DNA of 14,198 bases, taken from assembly GCA_937976685.1 (NCBI GenBank), contig CALJWR010000130.1, positions 1-14,198 on the forward strand. Reading direction: 5' to 3'. Under the pieces are notes generated by a model. The model saw nothing but the letters and a program-made list of their open reading frames with translations, had not been told where the DNA came from and did no database searches. The DNA is from an uncultured Verrucomicrobiae bacterium. Lineage in GTDB: Bacteria > Verrucomicrobiota > Verrucomicrobiia > Limisphaerales > J093. The position numbers and the translations under genes are program-made. Positions 13,858-14,198 of the stretch are shown here, one piece after another. Positions within the stretch are counted from its first letter, which is position 1; the number at the start of each line of letters is the position of its first letter.

Positions 13858-13872
13858 CCCGCCTTCGGCGGG
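13858..13872. other. Short GC hairpin flanked by an oligo-T tract (left) and an oligo-A tract (right) in the intergenic region.
   Basis: CCCGCC-TTC-GGCGGG has a 6-bp stem. It is preceded by CATTTTTTCAAATTT and followed by ATAAAAAAGAAAACGGTAAAAAAAGG. It lies 31 nt downstream (minus strand) of the FGE-domain gene stop. The U-tract precedes rather than follows the stem on both strands, so it is not a canonical terminator. Confidence 0.3.
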
Positions 13873-13903
13873 ATAAAAAAGAAAACGGTAAAAAAAGGAG
13901 CCC

Positions 13904-14198
13904 TCAGCGAACCACAACCCGAAAACCGAGGCCGTAGTTCGAAGAGCCGGGATCGATGTCGTACCGGCACGCGGACCGGCAGTACCTGGCGTAGTTGTAC
14001 CAGCTAACGCCGCGCACCACGCGCGACCCAGCCGCAGAAGTGCCGCCCATCGGGTCGCGCTGCGCCTCTTTCGCGTACGTCCGCTTCCCATCCCAGCACC
14101 ACTCCCAGACATTTCCGTGCATGTCGTGCAAGCCCCAGGCGTTGGGACCGAAGGAACCCACTATGACGGTGGTTTCCCGGTACTGTCCTATCGCTCCA
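13904..14198 (-). CDS. C-terminal part of an FGE-sulfatase (SUMF1/EgtB/PvdO-family) domain protein, truncated by the window edge.
   Basis: '...GSFGPNAWGLHDMHGNVWEWCWD...GGTSAAGSRVVRGVSWYNYARYCRSACRYDIDPGSSNYGLGFRVVVR' matches the conserved C-terminal motifs of formylglycine-generating-enzyme-like domains (GLyDM.GNVWEW...RV.RGGSW......R.A.R.......LGFR). The frame stays open upstream to position 14198 (AIGQYRETTVIV precedes the track's GTG 'M'). The stop is at 13904. Confidence 0.75.
   Translation of the reverse strand, partial: GAIGQYRETTVIVGSFGPNAWGLHDMHGNVWEWCWDGKRTYAKEAQRDPMGGTSAAGSRVVRGVSWYNYARYCRSACRYDIDPGSSNYGLGFRVVVR

Noticed and set aside
13692-13970. 92-aa minus-strand ORF and 13731-13937 / 13756-14007 + ORFs spanning the intergenic region.
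   Set aside because: They lie across the AT-rich hairpin region, have low GC3 and Lys/Arg-rich low-complexity translations and no RBS. The region is better explained as promoter/UTR.
1-14198. CRISPR arrays, tRNA or rRNA genes, IS elements.
   Set aside because: No regularly spaced direct repeats, no tRNA-like T-arm or acceptor motifs and no rRNA-like conserved blocks were seen. No transposase-like ORF is present in any frame.

Overview
The window is high-GC (~65%), and its lipobox lipoprotein, AAGGAGG-type ribosome-binding sites and TTGACA -35 hexamers point to a bacterial genome. It holds two convergent gene clusters. Neither cluster resembles routine housekeeping. The plus-strand cluster (1482-4161) has three tightly coupled genes. 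The first is a eukaryote/archaea-type ESCRT-III (Snf7/CHMP-family) protein. The second is a Vps4-like 'meiotic-clade' AAA ATPase with an N-terminal MIT-like helical domain, a KWHGESE pore loop and a Vps4-type C-terminal helix. The third is a coiled-coil protein that looks like a second ESCRT-III paralog fused to an N-terminal zinc ribbon. The minus-strand cluster (13695 down to 4284) has nine genes. In order they are a large membrane-anchored protein, a small tail-anchored protein, an excisionase-family HTH regulator with a C-terminal zinc ribbon, a double-zinc-ribbon SPFH/flotillin-like protein, a hypothetical protein, a zinc-ribbon FHA-domain protein, a lipoprotein and an exported tandem-domain protein. 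The last two, and a membrane protein at 461-1327, carry CsgG/LpoB/TolB-N-like domains. A C4 zinc-ribbon N-terminus (C-terminus in the regulator) recurs across four of the proteins. Together this looks like a candidate, apparently undescribed, bacterial membrane-remodelling module (ESCRT-III/Vps4 + flotillin + FHA + envelope lipoproteins). No rRNA, tRNA, CRISPR array or transposase was found. The right edge truncates an FGE-sulfatase (SUMF1-like) domain gene. Many long ORFs in the six-frame track are antisense, high-GC artefacts (Arg/Pro/Ala-rich) and were rejected.
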